A DNA stretch of 64,000 nucleotides from Nitrospirota bacterium. Its GTDB lineage: Bacteria > Nitrospirota > UBA9217. Shown here in pieces: positions 39,108 through 48,240 of the stretch. The translations under genes and the position numbers were made by a program. Below the pieces are notes generated by a model. The model searched no databases. It saw nothing but the letters and a program-made list of their open reading frames with translations, and was not told the DNA's origin. Each line of letters begins with the position of its first letter. Position 1 is the stretch's first letter. The stretch lies in assembly GCA_963751455.1 (NCBI GenBank), contig CAVVUN010000015.1, forward strand, positions 1,408,001 to 1,472,000, read 5' to 3'.

Positions 39108-39135
39108 GCCCCTGCCCAGTCGGCAGGGGCTTTTT
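39108..39135 (+). terminator. intrinsic terminator of the nor operon
   Basis: GCCCCTGCC-cagtc-GGCAGGGGC-TTTTT. Confidence 0.85.
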
Positions 39136-39148
39136 AGTACAGCGACAT

Positions 39149-39201
39149 CTCAGGACATCGGCAAGCTCAGGACAGGCCCTTCGGCTATGCTCAGGACAGG
39201 C
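39149..39201 (+). repeat. tandem copies of the 24-nt CCTTCGnnnnnGCTCAGGACAGGC repeat
   Basis: Same unit as the in-frame insertions at 18952 and 22150. Confidence 0.8.
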
Positions 39202-39263
39202 TTCACTGCACCAGCATTGGGTTTCCTGTATTTTCGGTTGACTGATTTCCGGATAACGGTATA

Positions 39264-40685
39264 ATGCCTTCCATGCGGGAACTGCTCAAAGGCGAGGAAT
39301 TTTACGACGGTACGGCGCTGCTGGGGGATCCGGTTCACGGCTATATCTCGTTTACGACTCCGCGCGGCGGGGGCGAGAAGACCGAAAAGGACCTGATCGA
39401 CAACCCCTGGATGCAGCGGCTGAGGCAGATCTACCAGCTCCAGAGCGCGCGCTGGGTCTATCCTTCGGCCGAGCACAGCAGGTTCCAGCATTCTCTCGGC
39501 GCAATGAATCTTGCCGGCAGGTTTGCCCGGCACCTGCATCCCTCCCTTAAGGCAACGGTTCCCGACTGTCCTTCCGCTAGTTATATAGAAGAGCTGCTTC
39601 GCGTTGCTGCACTGCTGCATGATGTTGGCCATGGCCCCTTCGGCCATTTTTTCGATGACAACTACCTCGAGCATTTCGGCCTTACGCACGAAAAAGTCGG
39701 TCAGTACATCATCAAGAACGAACTCGGGGAAAGCATCAAGGCGATCCGCAGAAGTCCCGTAGGCGAGTTCTCGAAAGGGGACCCGAAGCTCAGCCCTGAG
39801 CAGATCGCGTTCCTGATCGGGAAGGGCCCGGCGAGCACAATCAAACAGCCGCGGTGGCTCCAGTTTCTTCAGCCCCTTCTGTCCGGCATCTACACCGTGG
39901 ACAACCTCGACTATGTTCTCCGGGACGCGTACATGTGCGGCGTTGCGATCGGTGCGGTTGACATAGACCGCCTGATGTACTATACGTTCTTTACGGACAA
40001 GGGCCTTACCCTGCACAAGTCCGGCCTATCAGCGCTCAATATGTTTCTGAATGCCCGGCTCTACATGTATACAAACGTGTATTATCACCGGACCACGCGC
40101 GCGATCGACGAGCACCTGAAGGAGCTTTTTAAAGACACCATGGCCTCGCTTTTTCCCTACAACCCCCTTGAGAACCTCGATGAATATCTCGAGCTGACGG
40201 ACTGGTCCCTGCTCGAAGGCGTGCGCAGGTGGGGCAAAAAGGACAATGGAGCAACGGCAGGGCTCGGACGTCAGTGGGGCGCTATCCTTTCCCGCGAAGT
40301 GAAATGGAAAATGGCCTATGATATAACCCTGTCCATGCGGGCCTTTGAAAAGGGCAAGACTCTTATCGATGCGGCAGAGTTGACGAAGCGAATAAGAAAG
40401 AACCTGCCCCAGAAAATCAAGGACCTGGAATTCCGGGTCGACATGGCGAGCCAGGACCCGCGGCCGATCAACCCCCTTATGATGGGCGAACGCCAGATCC
40501 ACGTATTCAATCCATCGACCCACAAAGTGGAGAAAGAACCGCTCAAGGATTTTTTCGATTATATCCCCGCGCGCGTGGTCCAGTGCCGTGTATTCACGCT
40601 GAACCACGATCATGATTTGATTCTGTCCGAGATAGTTGAAAAGGTCCTCGGGATCCAGGAAGACAGCATCAAAACGAACGTCTGA
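39264..40685 (+). CDS. HD-domain phosphohydrolase (dNTP triphosphohydrolase/SAMHD1-like); start may be 39273
   Basis: DPVHG, QRLRQI.Q, HSRFQHSLG, LLHDVGHGPFGH, DYVLRD. Confidence 0.9.
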   Translation: MPSMRELLKGEEFYDGTALLGDPVHGYISFTTPRGGGEKTEKDLIDNPWMQRLRQIYQLQSARWVYPSAEHSRFQHSLGAMNLAGRFARHLHPSLKATVPDCPSASYIEELLRVAALLHDVGHGPFGHFFDDNYLEHFGLTHEKVGQYIIKNELGESIKAIRRSPVGEFSKGDPKLSPEQIAFLIGKGPASTIKQPRWLQFLQPLLSGIYTVDNLDYVLRDAYMCGVAIGAVDIDRLMYYTFFTDKGLTLHKSGLSALNMFLNARLYMYTNVYYHRTTRAIDEHLKELFKDTMASLFPYNPLENLDEYLELTDWSLLEGVRRWGKKDNGATAGLGRQWGAILSREVKWKMAYDITLSMRAFEKGKTLIDAAELTKRIRKNLPQKIKDLEFRVDMASQDPRPINPLMMGERQIHVFNPSTHKVEKEPLKDFFDYIPARVVQCRVFTLNHDHDLILSEIVEKVLGIQEDSIKTNV

Positions 40686-40968
40686 ACATACCTCTGGTGT
40701 CACGCTCTTTGATTTGGCAGCCGCAAACTACAGTTTGTATTTTTTCCATATCGTTATAACATCCTTATATCCGGGACGCTGCTTTGGCTCGACGTCACGC
40801 TCAGGTCCTTCCTGTCCGGACCTTTCCTGCAGAGGAGAGGGAAATTAATGATAGAAAACGAGTACTTACGGCTTCACATTATTATTATTTTGAGGTAATT
40901 TTCCCTTTTTTCGCGGTCCTGTTTGGGGTATACTTTTGTGTGACCGGGGGCCCTGTTCGGGGAGGGGA

Positions 40969-42474
40969 ATGTTCAAGATCCAGAACAAAATAATGGCGTT
41001 GTCGATCGTCGCAGCTGCGGCCGTTTGGGTTTTCGACAGCGCCGTGGATGCCGTCATCTTTCATGAGCATGGTTTCCTTACGGGTTTGCTCTTTGATGTA
41101 ACCCCTCACGAATTATTCATCCGGTCTGTTTTCATCCTCTTCCTGCTGGTCTTCGGTTTCACGAGTTCCCGCATTGTTGCAAAACGAACCCAAGCGGAAG
41201 AAAAACTCAAGAATTTATCTGCAGCGATAGAATCCTCGATGGACGGCGTCGCGGTATACGATCGCGACGGCAAATACCTCTACGTTAATCAATCCTATGC
41301 CGCTGTAAACGGCTATGACGACCCTGAGGAAGTCATCGGCAAAACCTACCAGCTGGTATACGATGAGAAGGAACTGGAACGAATGCAGAAGCTTCTGGAA
41401 CCTTCGCTTTCAAAGAACGGAAAATGGCGGGGAGAGCTGATCGCAAGGAGAAAGAACGGAAGCGTTTATTTCCAGGAAGCATCGGTCACGACGCTCGAGG
41501 ACGGTGGGCGCGTCTGCATTGTCCGCGACATTACGTGGCGCAAGAGAAGCGAGGAGCGGATGCTTCGCTCGGAACGTTTCCTCAATACTATTTTCGACAG
41601 CATCAGGGACCCCTTTTGCATCTTCGACTCCGAATTCCGCATCATCAAGGTGAACGAGGCGTATGCGCGTCTGAAGAGCAAACAAGTCGACGAGTTGATC
41701 GGGAAAAAATGTTTTAAAGTCCTGGAGGAGAGAGAAACTGTTTGTGAAGGATGCGTCGTGAATAAAACACTCAGCTCATCGGACCCCTGCGCCAAGGACA
41801 AGCAATTCAGGCTGCGTGATGGGAGCGAGGGCTGGCTCGAAATTTACACGTATCCGATCCTCGATGAAGAGAGCAGGGTCACTCACGTCATAGAATACAC
41901 CCGCGACATTACCGATCGCCGGAAATCGGAGGAGGAGAAACGGCTCCTGATCGAGAAACTGGAGCACCTTTCGAGGACCGACGGCCTTACCGGGCTGATC
42001 AACAGGAGGGCGCTCGCCGATACACTCTGCTACGAGATAGACCGCGTGCAGCGTTTCAAGTCGGAGCTTTCGCTGATACTCTGCGATATCGACAATTTCA
42101 AGGCAATTAATGACACCTATGGGCACGACGCGGGTGATCGCGCTCTCCAGATCGTATCCGCAACCCTGAAAACCATTCTTCGGAAAACGGATATCGCCGG
42201 CCGGTACGGCGGCGACGAGTTCATGGCAATACTGCCGGAAACTTCGCGTGCGGGCGCGGAAAGGCTCGCTGAGAAGCTGCTGAAAGCCACGCGGGAAACA
42301 GGGCTCCCCATTCATGGCCACAGTGTAATACCGTTATCTATGAGCATCGGTGTGGCTTCCATAGAGGGCAACTATGGAAACGAAACGATCGATTCGCTGG
42401 TAAGGCGGGCAGACGCTGCAATGTATCGTTCAAAACAAGACGGCAGAAACCGCATCACGAGCGTTGCTTCGTAA
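40969..42474 (+). CDS. PAS-PAS diguanylate cyclase with two TM helices
   Basis: DGLTGL.NRR, DIDNFK, RYGGDEF; RKTD I-site. Confidence 0.92.
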   Translation: MFKIQNKIMALSIVAAAAVWVFDSAVDAVIFHEHGFLTGLLFDVTPHELFIRSVFILFLLVFGFTSSRIVAKRTQAEEKLKNLSAAIESSMDGVAVYDRDGKYLYVNQSYAAVNGYDDPEEVIGKTYQLVYDEKELERMQKLLEPSLSKNGKWRGELIARRKNGSVYFQEASVTTLEDGGRVCIVRDITWRKRSEERMLRSERFLNTIFDSIRDPFCIFDSEFRIIKVNEAYARLKSKQVDELIGKKCFKVLEERETVCEGCVVNKTLSSSDPCAKDKQFRLRDGSEGWLEIYTYPILDEESRVTHVIEYTRDITDRRKSEEEKRLLIEKLEHLSRTDGLTGLINRRALADTLCYEIDRVQRFKSELSLILCDIDNFKAINDTYGHDAGDRALQIVSATLKTILRKTDIAGRYGGDEFMAILPETSRAGAERLAEKLLKATRETGLPIHGHSVIPLSMSIGVASIEGNYGNETIDSLVRRADAAMYRSKQDGRNRITSVAS

Positions 42475-42534
42475 GCGGAAAACCGCGAAAGGCGGTAGAG
42501 CAGAAGCGGGTAGGGGAAAAATCCTCAATGATCA

Positions 42535-42867
42535 ATTGGGACACGGAAGAATCGGATTTACCGGATAAAAATCTGATAATCCTAAAAACGGCATTTGAAC
42601 ACGGATGAACACGGTAACAGCGGATCAAAACAATGTGATAGAGCAAAAAGCCATCTCGCCTTTTGGGTGAATCCATTACTGTTCGTAACTTCCTATAAAT
42701 CCGTGTTGATCAGATTTTATCCGTGTCCAACTGCTTTTTTCAGGATAATTCAATTGCCTTTTGACGAATTTGTGACGAATACAATCGTCTTTTCACGTTT
42801 CCGGACAAAAGTGAGCCACTGGGGCTTGGTGGTTTATCCGCGAAAATCCGCGTTTATCTGCGTCCAA
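42535..42867. repeat. 9-mer-armed hairpin(s) of the ACACGGAT/ATCCGTGT family
   Basis: TTGGGACACGGA...TCCGTGTCCAA at 42535-42730; an extra arm at 42833-42867. Confidence 0.7.
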
Positions 42868-42873
42868 GAGCCG

Positions 42874-44850
42874 TTACGATTTTTTTGCCCCTGACGGCTT
42901 TCGCTCTCCCGACGTTGCTTTAGCGGTTTTACCTGTTGTTTTGGGCTTCAATTTCGTTTCTATTGGTTTGGCCTTCACCTTCGCCTTCGTTGCCCTGGCC
43001 TTTTTCGGCGCTTCACGCGGCTGCACAATCTCCTTTACTTTCCTTACGATCGCTTCTGCGGATATTTCCTCGTAATCCAGGAGTTCAGCCGGCTTGCCGC
43101 TTCGCGGCATTGCGCGAACCGCGAGCGAATAGACAGGCACCGGGTTCTGTGCGAGCGAAGTCATGACCGCTTCCCCGATCCCGCCCGCTGCAAAATGGTC
43201 CTCAACCGTTATCAAGGCCCCGGTCTCGTCGGCCGCGGCCCGCAGCGTACTTTCGTCCAGGGGTTTGACGCTGTACAGGTCGATCACCCGAATGGATATG
43301 CCTTCTTTTTCCAGTATGTCATGGGCCTTGAGCGCCTCATGCACCGTTATTCCCGCGGCAATGATTGCGGCGGCATCCTGTTTGTCCGATTTTAAAACTT
43401 TGCATCCGCCGATCGGGAACAGCTCGTCATTCCCGTAAAGGATCGGGGTATCTTTTCTCGTGGTGCGGAGGTACGCGATGCCCCGGTGCTCCGCCATTGC
43501 TTCAACCAGTTTTTCCGCTGATACCGCGTCCGAAGGATACAGGACTACGCTGTCCAGCAGCGTCCTGAACATCGCGATGTCTTCCAGGCCCATCTGCGAG
43601 GCTCCGTCCTCCCCGATCGAAACACCCGCGTGAGAACCGCAGAACTTGATGTTGGCATCGGAGTACTGGCTCATGCGGATCTGATCAAAGGCCCTGGTAA
43701 GGAAAGCGGCGAAGGTTGAAACAAACGGAATTTTGCCGCGGATGGAAAGGCCCAGGGCGCTCCCGACCATGTTCTGCTCCGCAATGAACATCTCGAAGAA
43801 CCGTTCCGGATATTTTTTCTGGAATATTTCGGAATACGTCGAATTACTCACCTCTCCGTCGAGCACTACCATGTTCGGGAAACGGGGATGGATTCTCTCG
43901 AGCGCCGTGCCGTACGCATGCCGCGTGGCCACAGGTTTGTCCGGCGGGAAGGAAACAGGCTTTGCCGAAGCAGGTTTTTGTTCTGCAGGTTTCAGGTCTT
44001 CCGGTTTCGGCACGGTTCCTCTGGCGTTTTTATCTATGGGGCCCAGTTCCTCCAGAGCCGCCGGGAGGTCCTCTTTTTTCAGCGGTTTGCCGTGCCAGCC
44101 GTTCTTGTCCTCGACGATTGAAACGCCTTTTCCTTTTAATGTTTTCGCTATAATCATCACAGGCTTGCCCGTGATCTGCCTTGCCAGCTTATACGCTCCA
44201 ACGATCTGCGTCATGTTATGCCCGTCCACTTCGATCGTTTCCCATCCAAAGGCCTGCGCGCGGTTTTTGTACACGTACAGGTTATGGCCGTACATGGTCT
44301 CGCCCCGCTGCCCCCACCGGTTAACGTCAAGAATGCCGATCAGGTTGTCGAGCTTATAATACGCGGCAAGCTGCATGGCTTCCCACTGCGAACCTTCGGC
44401 CATTTCGCTGTCGCCCAGCAGCACATAGGTGCGATAGGGCAGTTTATCGATATATTTCGCGTTCATTGCCATGCCGACGCCGATCGAAAGGCCCTGGCCG
44501 AGCGACCCGGTTGCCGCCTCGGTATATTTGAACGCGCGCGTGGGGTGCCCTTCCAGGCTGCTTCCGAACTTCCTGTAGGTCATCAATTCCTGCTCACTCA
44601 CTTTTCCCGCTGCCGCCCAGAGGCAATAGAAAAGCGGTGACGCATGGCCCTTTGAAAAGATCAAACGGTCATTGTTCGGATGGCCCGGGTTGCCCAGGTC
44701 GTACGTAAAGGAACCGCCGAAGACGAGGCCCGTCATCAGGTCCGCCGCGGACATCGAAGACGTGGGATGTCCGGAGCCGGCGTTGGTAGACATGACGAGG
44801 CTGTAATAGCGGATCAGTTTGGCAATGCTTTCGAGGTTGTTGTTCGTCAT
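42874..44850 (-). CDS. tkt: transketolase with Lys-rich C-terminal tail
   Basis: SGHP, SKGHA, TGSLGQG, GDSE.AEG, IAEQNM, GEDGASQ. Confidence 0.95.
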   Translation of the reverse strand: MTNNNLESIAKLIRYYSLVMSTNAGSGHPTSSMSAADLMTGLVFGGSFTYDLGNPGHPNNDRLIFSKGHASPLFYCLWAAAGKVSEQELMTYRKFGSSLEGHPTRAFKYTEAATGSLGQGLSIGVGMAMNAKYIDKLPYRTYVLLGDSEMAEGSQWEAMQLAAYYKLDNLIGILDVNRWGQRGETMYGHNLYVYKNRAQAFGWETIEVDGHNMTQIVGAYKLARQITGKPVMIIAKTLKGKGVSIVEDKNGWHGKPLKKEDLPAALEELGPIDKNARGTVPKPEDLKPAEQKPASAKPVSFPPDKPVATRHAYGTALERIHPRFPNMVVLDGEVSNSTYSEIFQKKYPERFFEMFIAEQNMVGSALGLSIRGKIPFVSTFAAFLTRAFDQIRMSQYSDANIKFCGSHAGVSIGEDGASQMGLEDIAMFRTLLDSVVLYPSDAVSAEKLVEAMAEHRGIAYLRTTRKDTPILYGNDELFPIGGCKVLKSDKQDAAAIIAAGITVHEALKAHDILEKEGISIRVIDLYSVKPLDESTLRAAADETGALITVEDHFAAGGIGEAVMTSLAQNPVPVYSLAVRAMPRSGKPAELLDYEEISAEAIVRKVKEIVQPREAPKKARATKAKVKAKPIETKLKPKTTGKTAKATSGERKPSGAKKS

Positions 44851-44870
44851 AGGAACTCCTTTTAAATGTA

Positions 44871-45007
44871 AGTATCAGAGTATCAGAGTGTCAGATTCAG
44901 CGAACAGCAAAAGAGTCAGCGAACAGCCATAAAGCTGACGGATGAGTATCAGAGTATCAGAGGACTGCTCGGCTTTGACACGTTGACTCTTTGATTCTTT
45001 GACACTT
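44871..45007. repeat. 8-mer-armed hairpin (AGTATCAG/TTTGACAC) between nuoN and tkt
   Basis: Tandem AGTRTCAG units and a complementary arm. Confidence 0.75.
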
Positions 45008-45008
45008 G

Positions 45009-46436
45009 CTATTTCACACTCTGCACTATTCGTTCTATCACCTCTATCACCGGCGTCGGGTACACGCCGAGCCAGATCAGAACGATCGCAAGCGCTGTAA
45101 GAATTGCGCTGCCTGTCCGAGAAAGTGATGCCGTTGTAATTCCGCTTTCCTCGGGAGTCGAGTAGACCGCAATGATGATTCTCAAATAATAGAACAGCCC
45201 GATTGCGCTGTTGATGAGCAGAATGATAACGAGCATCCAGAGGGCAGACCCCACACCGGCCGCGACCACATAGAATTTTCCCACGAAGCCGGCAGTAAGC
45301 GGAATGCCGGCAAGCGAAAGCAGCATGGCCGTGAAGATACCCGCAAGCCAGGGCCTGCGCCACGCAAGCCCGGCATACTCTTCCATGCTGTCAGCGTCCC
45401 GGTCAGCCCGGGAGAGTACGGTGACGACCCCGAACGCGCCGAGCATAGTCACGAAATACGCCGCCAGATAGAATGCGGCAGCGCTCATCGCGAGCGGACC
45501 TGATGAAAGAAGTGTCACGAGGAGATACCCCAGGTGCGAAATGGAGGAATACGCGAGAATGCGCTTTACGTTTTTCTGAAGGAGCGCGAGCAGGTTTCCG
45601 GCGAACATTGAGGCAACGGCTATGATGAACAGGATAACGAAGAGCGGGCCGTACGCCTGGACGTCAAGCCGCGAAAAATAACGGAATACGACAGCGAATA
45701 CTCCGCCCTTCGAGACAGTGGCAATAAACGCGCTGACCGGGGCAGGCGCGCCTTCATACACGTCGGGTGTCCACATATGGAAGGGGACGACTGCCAGCTT
45801 GAAGCCGAGCCCCGTGATGATCAGCCCGATTCCGGCGGTGAACGGCACGCTCTGCAGGGACGCAGCCTGAGAGGCGATCCGGTACAGTTCCATGCTGCCG
45901 GTTTCCGCATATACCAGAGCCATGCCGAACAGGATGAAGGCTGAAGAAACCGCGGCCAGGATAAGATACTTTACGCCCGCTTCGATGCTTTGCTCCCGGT
46001 GCCTGAGGTACGCTGCCATAGCGTACAGCGACACGCTCAGGATTTCGAGGCCCAGGAACAGGGAAGCAAAATGCGTGCTTGTCGTGAGAACGGCGGTGCC
46101 GAGCGTTGCAAAAAGCAGGAGCAGATAAAATTCCTCATGGTGCCCGGCCTGAGAGTTAAGGTATGAATAGGAGAGACACGCTACGCAGAAGCTCGCGAAG
46201 AATATCAGTCCCATATAATAGAGGGCGAAGCGGTCTACGACCAAAAGGGGCGTGACCATGCGAGGCGTCAGCGAGGTTATAAACGGGAGCGAAGCCAGAG
46301 CAGCCAGGAGGCCTGCAAGCGTGAGCATGTTCGCGACAACGTGACTCCGGTAAAAGGCGATCACCATCATGAGAACGATTGCGGTTCCGGCCGTGATGAT
46401 GAGGGGGAGCAGGGCGATGATATCAATGAAGTCCAT
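45009..46436 (-). CDS. nuoN: NADH-quinone oxidoreductase subunit N
   Basis: EAGVKY, FKLAVVPFHMWTPDVYEGAP. Confidence 0.95.
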   Translation of the reverse strand: MDFIDIIALLPLIITAGTAIVLMMVIAFYRSHVVANMLTLAGLLAALASLPFITSLTPRMVTPLLVVDRFALYYMGLIFFASFCVACLSYSYLNSQAGHHEEFYLLLLFATLGTAVLTTSTHFASLFLGLEILSVSLYAMAAYLRHREQSIEAGVKYLILAAVSSAFILFGMALVYAETGSMELYRIASQAASLQSVPFTAGIGLIITGLGFKLAVVPFHMWTPDVYEGAPAPVSAFIATVSKGGVFAVVFRYFSRLDVQAYGPLFVILFIIAVASMFAGNLLALLQKNVKRILAYSSISHLGYLLVTLLSSGPLAMSAAAFYLAAYFVTMLGAFGVVTVLSRADRDADSMEEYAGLAWRRPWLAGIFTAMLLSLAGIPLTAGFVGKFYVVAAGVGSALWMLVIILLINSAIGLFYYLRIIIAVYSTPEESGITTASLSRTGSAILTALAIVLIWLGVYPTPVIEVIERIVQSVK

Positions 46437-47967
46437 TTCGCGCCTCCTGCTCATCGATCCGAAGTTCATTCGCGCTGGTTGTCGCGGCGGCTGAAGAAGC
46501 GCCGGATTGCAGGCGGCCCAACACAGGGGCCGTCGTGTTCAATGCCGGCATCGGGTAAAGTCCCAGCCAGAAGATTGCAATAATAAGCGCGGCCATTATT
46601 CCAGTCTCGCGGCCGGACAGGTCAACGATTTTCCGGATCGCGCGCGGTTGTCCATGAAATGCGCGCTGCACCATCCAGAGCGCATATATTGCGGCCAATA
46701 CGAGCCCGAGCGCAGCGAACAGCGTCATGAGCGGACTGGTCCTGAAGGACCCGAGAAGAACCATGAATTCCGCCACGAAATTGCCGAAGCCGGGCAGGCC
46801 GAGTGAAGCGAGGCCGAAGACGAGGCCGATTGCGCTCAGGCGCGGTACCACTGACCACATGCCGCCCATATCGTCCATGTCGCGGGTATGGATTCGTTCC
46901 TGAATCATGCCGACGATGATGAACAGGGCGCCGGTGCTCACGCCGTGCGCAAGCATCTGCATGATTGCGCCCTGCAGCGAAGCCGCGTTCCCTGCAAAAA
47001 TGCCGAGCAGCACAAACCCCATATGGCTGACGCTGGTGTAGGCCACGAGCCGTTTAAGATCGGTCTGGGCAAAGGCAAGGACCGCCCCGTAGATGATGCC
47101 GATGACGGCGACCACCATTACTGCCCTGCTTACGCCTGCGGCCGCTCCGGGAAAGAGCGGCAGCACGAAACGGAGAATTCCGTAAGCGCCGGTCTTGAGC
47201 AGCAAACCCGCCAGAATAACACTGCCCGCGGTCGGGGCTTCGGTGTGTGCGTCCGGCAGCCAGACATGAAAGGGAACAGCCGGCAGCTTCACCGTAAAGG
47301 AGATGAGGAAGCCGAGCATGAGCCAGAAGGCGGTTTTCGGCTCGATCTTCGTTCCGAGGAGCAGGGAGTAGTCAAAGGTCATCACACCCGTTGTCCGCAG
47401 ATGGACCATGGAAAGGGCCAGGATCGAAAGAAACATCAGCAGGCCGCCGGCCTGCGTGAAGATGAAGAATTTGAGCGAAGCGTAGACCCGGTTCTCATGT
47501 CCCCAGATGCTGATCAGAAAATACATGGGCACGAGCATCAGTTCCCAGAAAAAATAGAAGAGAAACAGGTCCAGGGAAAGGAAGACGCCCATAATGCCGG
47601 AGAGTATTGCCATCAGGTTCATATGGAAGAAGCCGACGCGGCCGCGGATTTCCGTCCAGGAGCAGATTACCGAGATGATGCCGAGAAAGAGCGTAAGCGC
47701 AACGAACACGAGGCTCAGGCCGTCGATCGCGAGATGCAGACCTATGCCGAGTCCGGGGATCCAGGGCTGGTTCAATTCGACAAGCCAGGTCCCGCGGTTG
47801 AGCGCTGCCTGCGATGAAGGCCGCAGCCACAGCGATACCAGCAGCACCAGGTCGAGTGCAAGCGCGGCAAGCGAAATCCAACGGATCAGAACGTTGTTCC
47901 GCCTGCCCAGTAGCCACGCGGCTACTCCGCCTATCAGCGGTATGATTATCAACCAGGCAAGGATCAT
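46423..47967 (-). CDS. nuoM: NADH-quinone oxidoreductase subunit M
   Basis: FWELMLVPMY, PFHVWLPDAHTEAP. Confidence 0.95.
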   Translation of the reverse strand: MILAWLIIIPLIGGVAAWLLGRRNNVLIRWISLAALALDLVLLVSLWLRPSSQAALNRGTWLVELNQPWIPGLGIGLHLAIDGLSLVFVALTLFLGIISVICSWTEIRGRVGFFHMNLMAILSGIMGVFLSLDLFLFYFFWELMLVPMYFLISIWGHENRVYASLKFFIFTQAGGLLMFLSILALSMVHLRTTGVMTFDYSLLLGTKIEPKTAFWLMLGFLISFTVKLPAVPFHVWLPDAHTEAPTAGSVILAGLLLKTGAYGILRFVLPLFPGAAAGVSRAVMVVAVIGIIYGAVLAFAQTDLKRLVAYTSVSHMGFVLLGIFAGNAASLQGAIMQMLAHGVSTGALFIIVGMIQERIHTRDMDDMGGMWSVVPRLSAIGLVFGLASLGLPGFGNFVAEFMVLLGSFRTSPLMTLFAALGLVLAAIYALWMVQRAFHGQPRAIRKIVDLSGRETGIMAALIIAIFWLGLYPMPALNTTAPVLGRLQSGASSAAATTSANELRIDEQEARNGLH

Positions 47968-48000
47968 AAATTATTACCCACCTCAAAGGCGAAGAATATT

Positions 48001-48099
48001 TCGCGCAAAGTCGCCAAGTCGCAAAGAAAGGCAGAATTACCTTGATTTATTCAAGACTGGAAACGTATCTTTGCTCCGCGTCTTTGCGGCTTTGCGCGA
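48001..48099. repeat. 8-mer-armed hairpin (CGCAAAG/CTTTGCG) between nuoL and nuoM
   Basis: TCGCGCAAAGTCGCCAAGTCGCAAAG...CTTTGCGGCTTTGCGCGA. Confidence 0.75.
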
Positions 48100-48142
48100 G
48101 TCCATTTTCCGGTGCTACTTCCGTGATGATCCAATCAGCGAC

Positions 48143-48204
48143 TGAACTTGATCCGGCATCCAAAACGCTACGAAAAGCTGGATTCCGGCTTTCGCCGGAA
48201 TGAC
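48143..48204. repeat. REP/dRS3-like palindromic repeat
   Basis: ...GGCATCCA...CTGGATTCCGGCTTTCGCCGGAATGAC. Confidence 0.6.
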
Positions 48205-48240
48205 GATCTTTGGGTTTATTGGCATTTTAAAATATAGATG

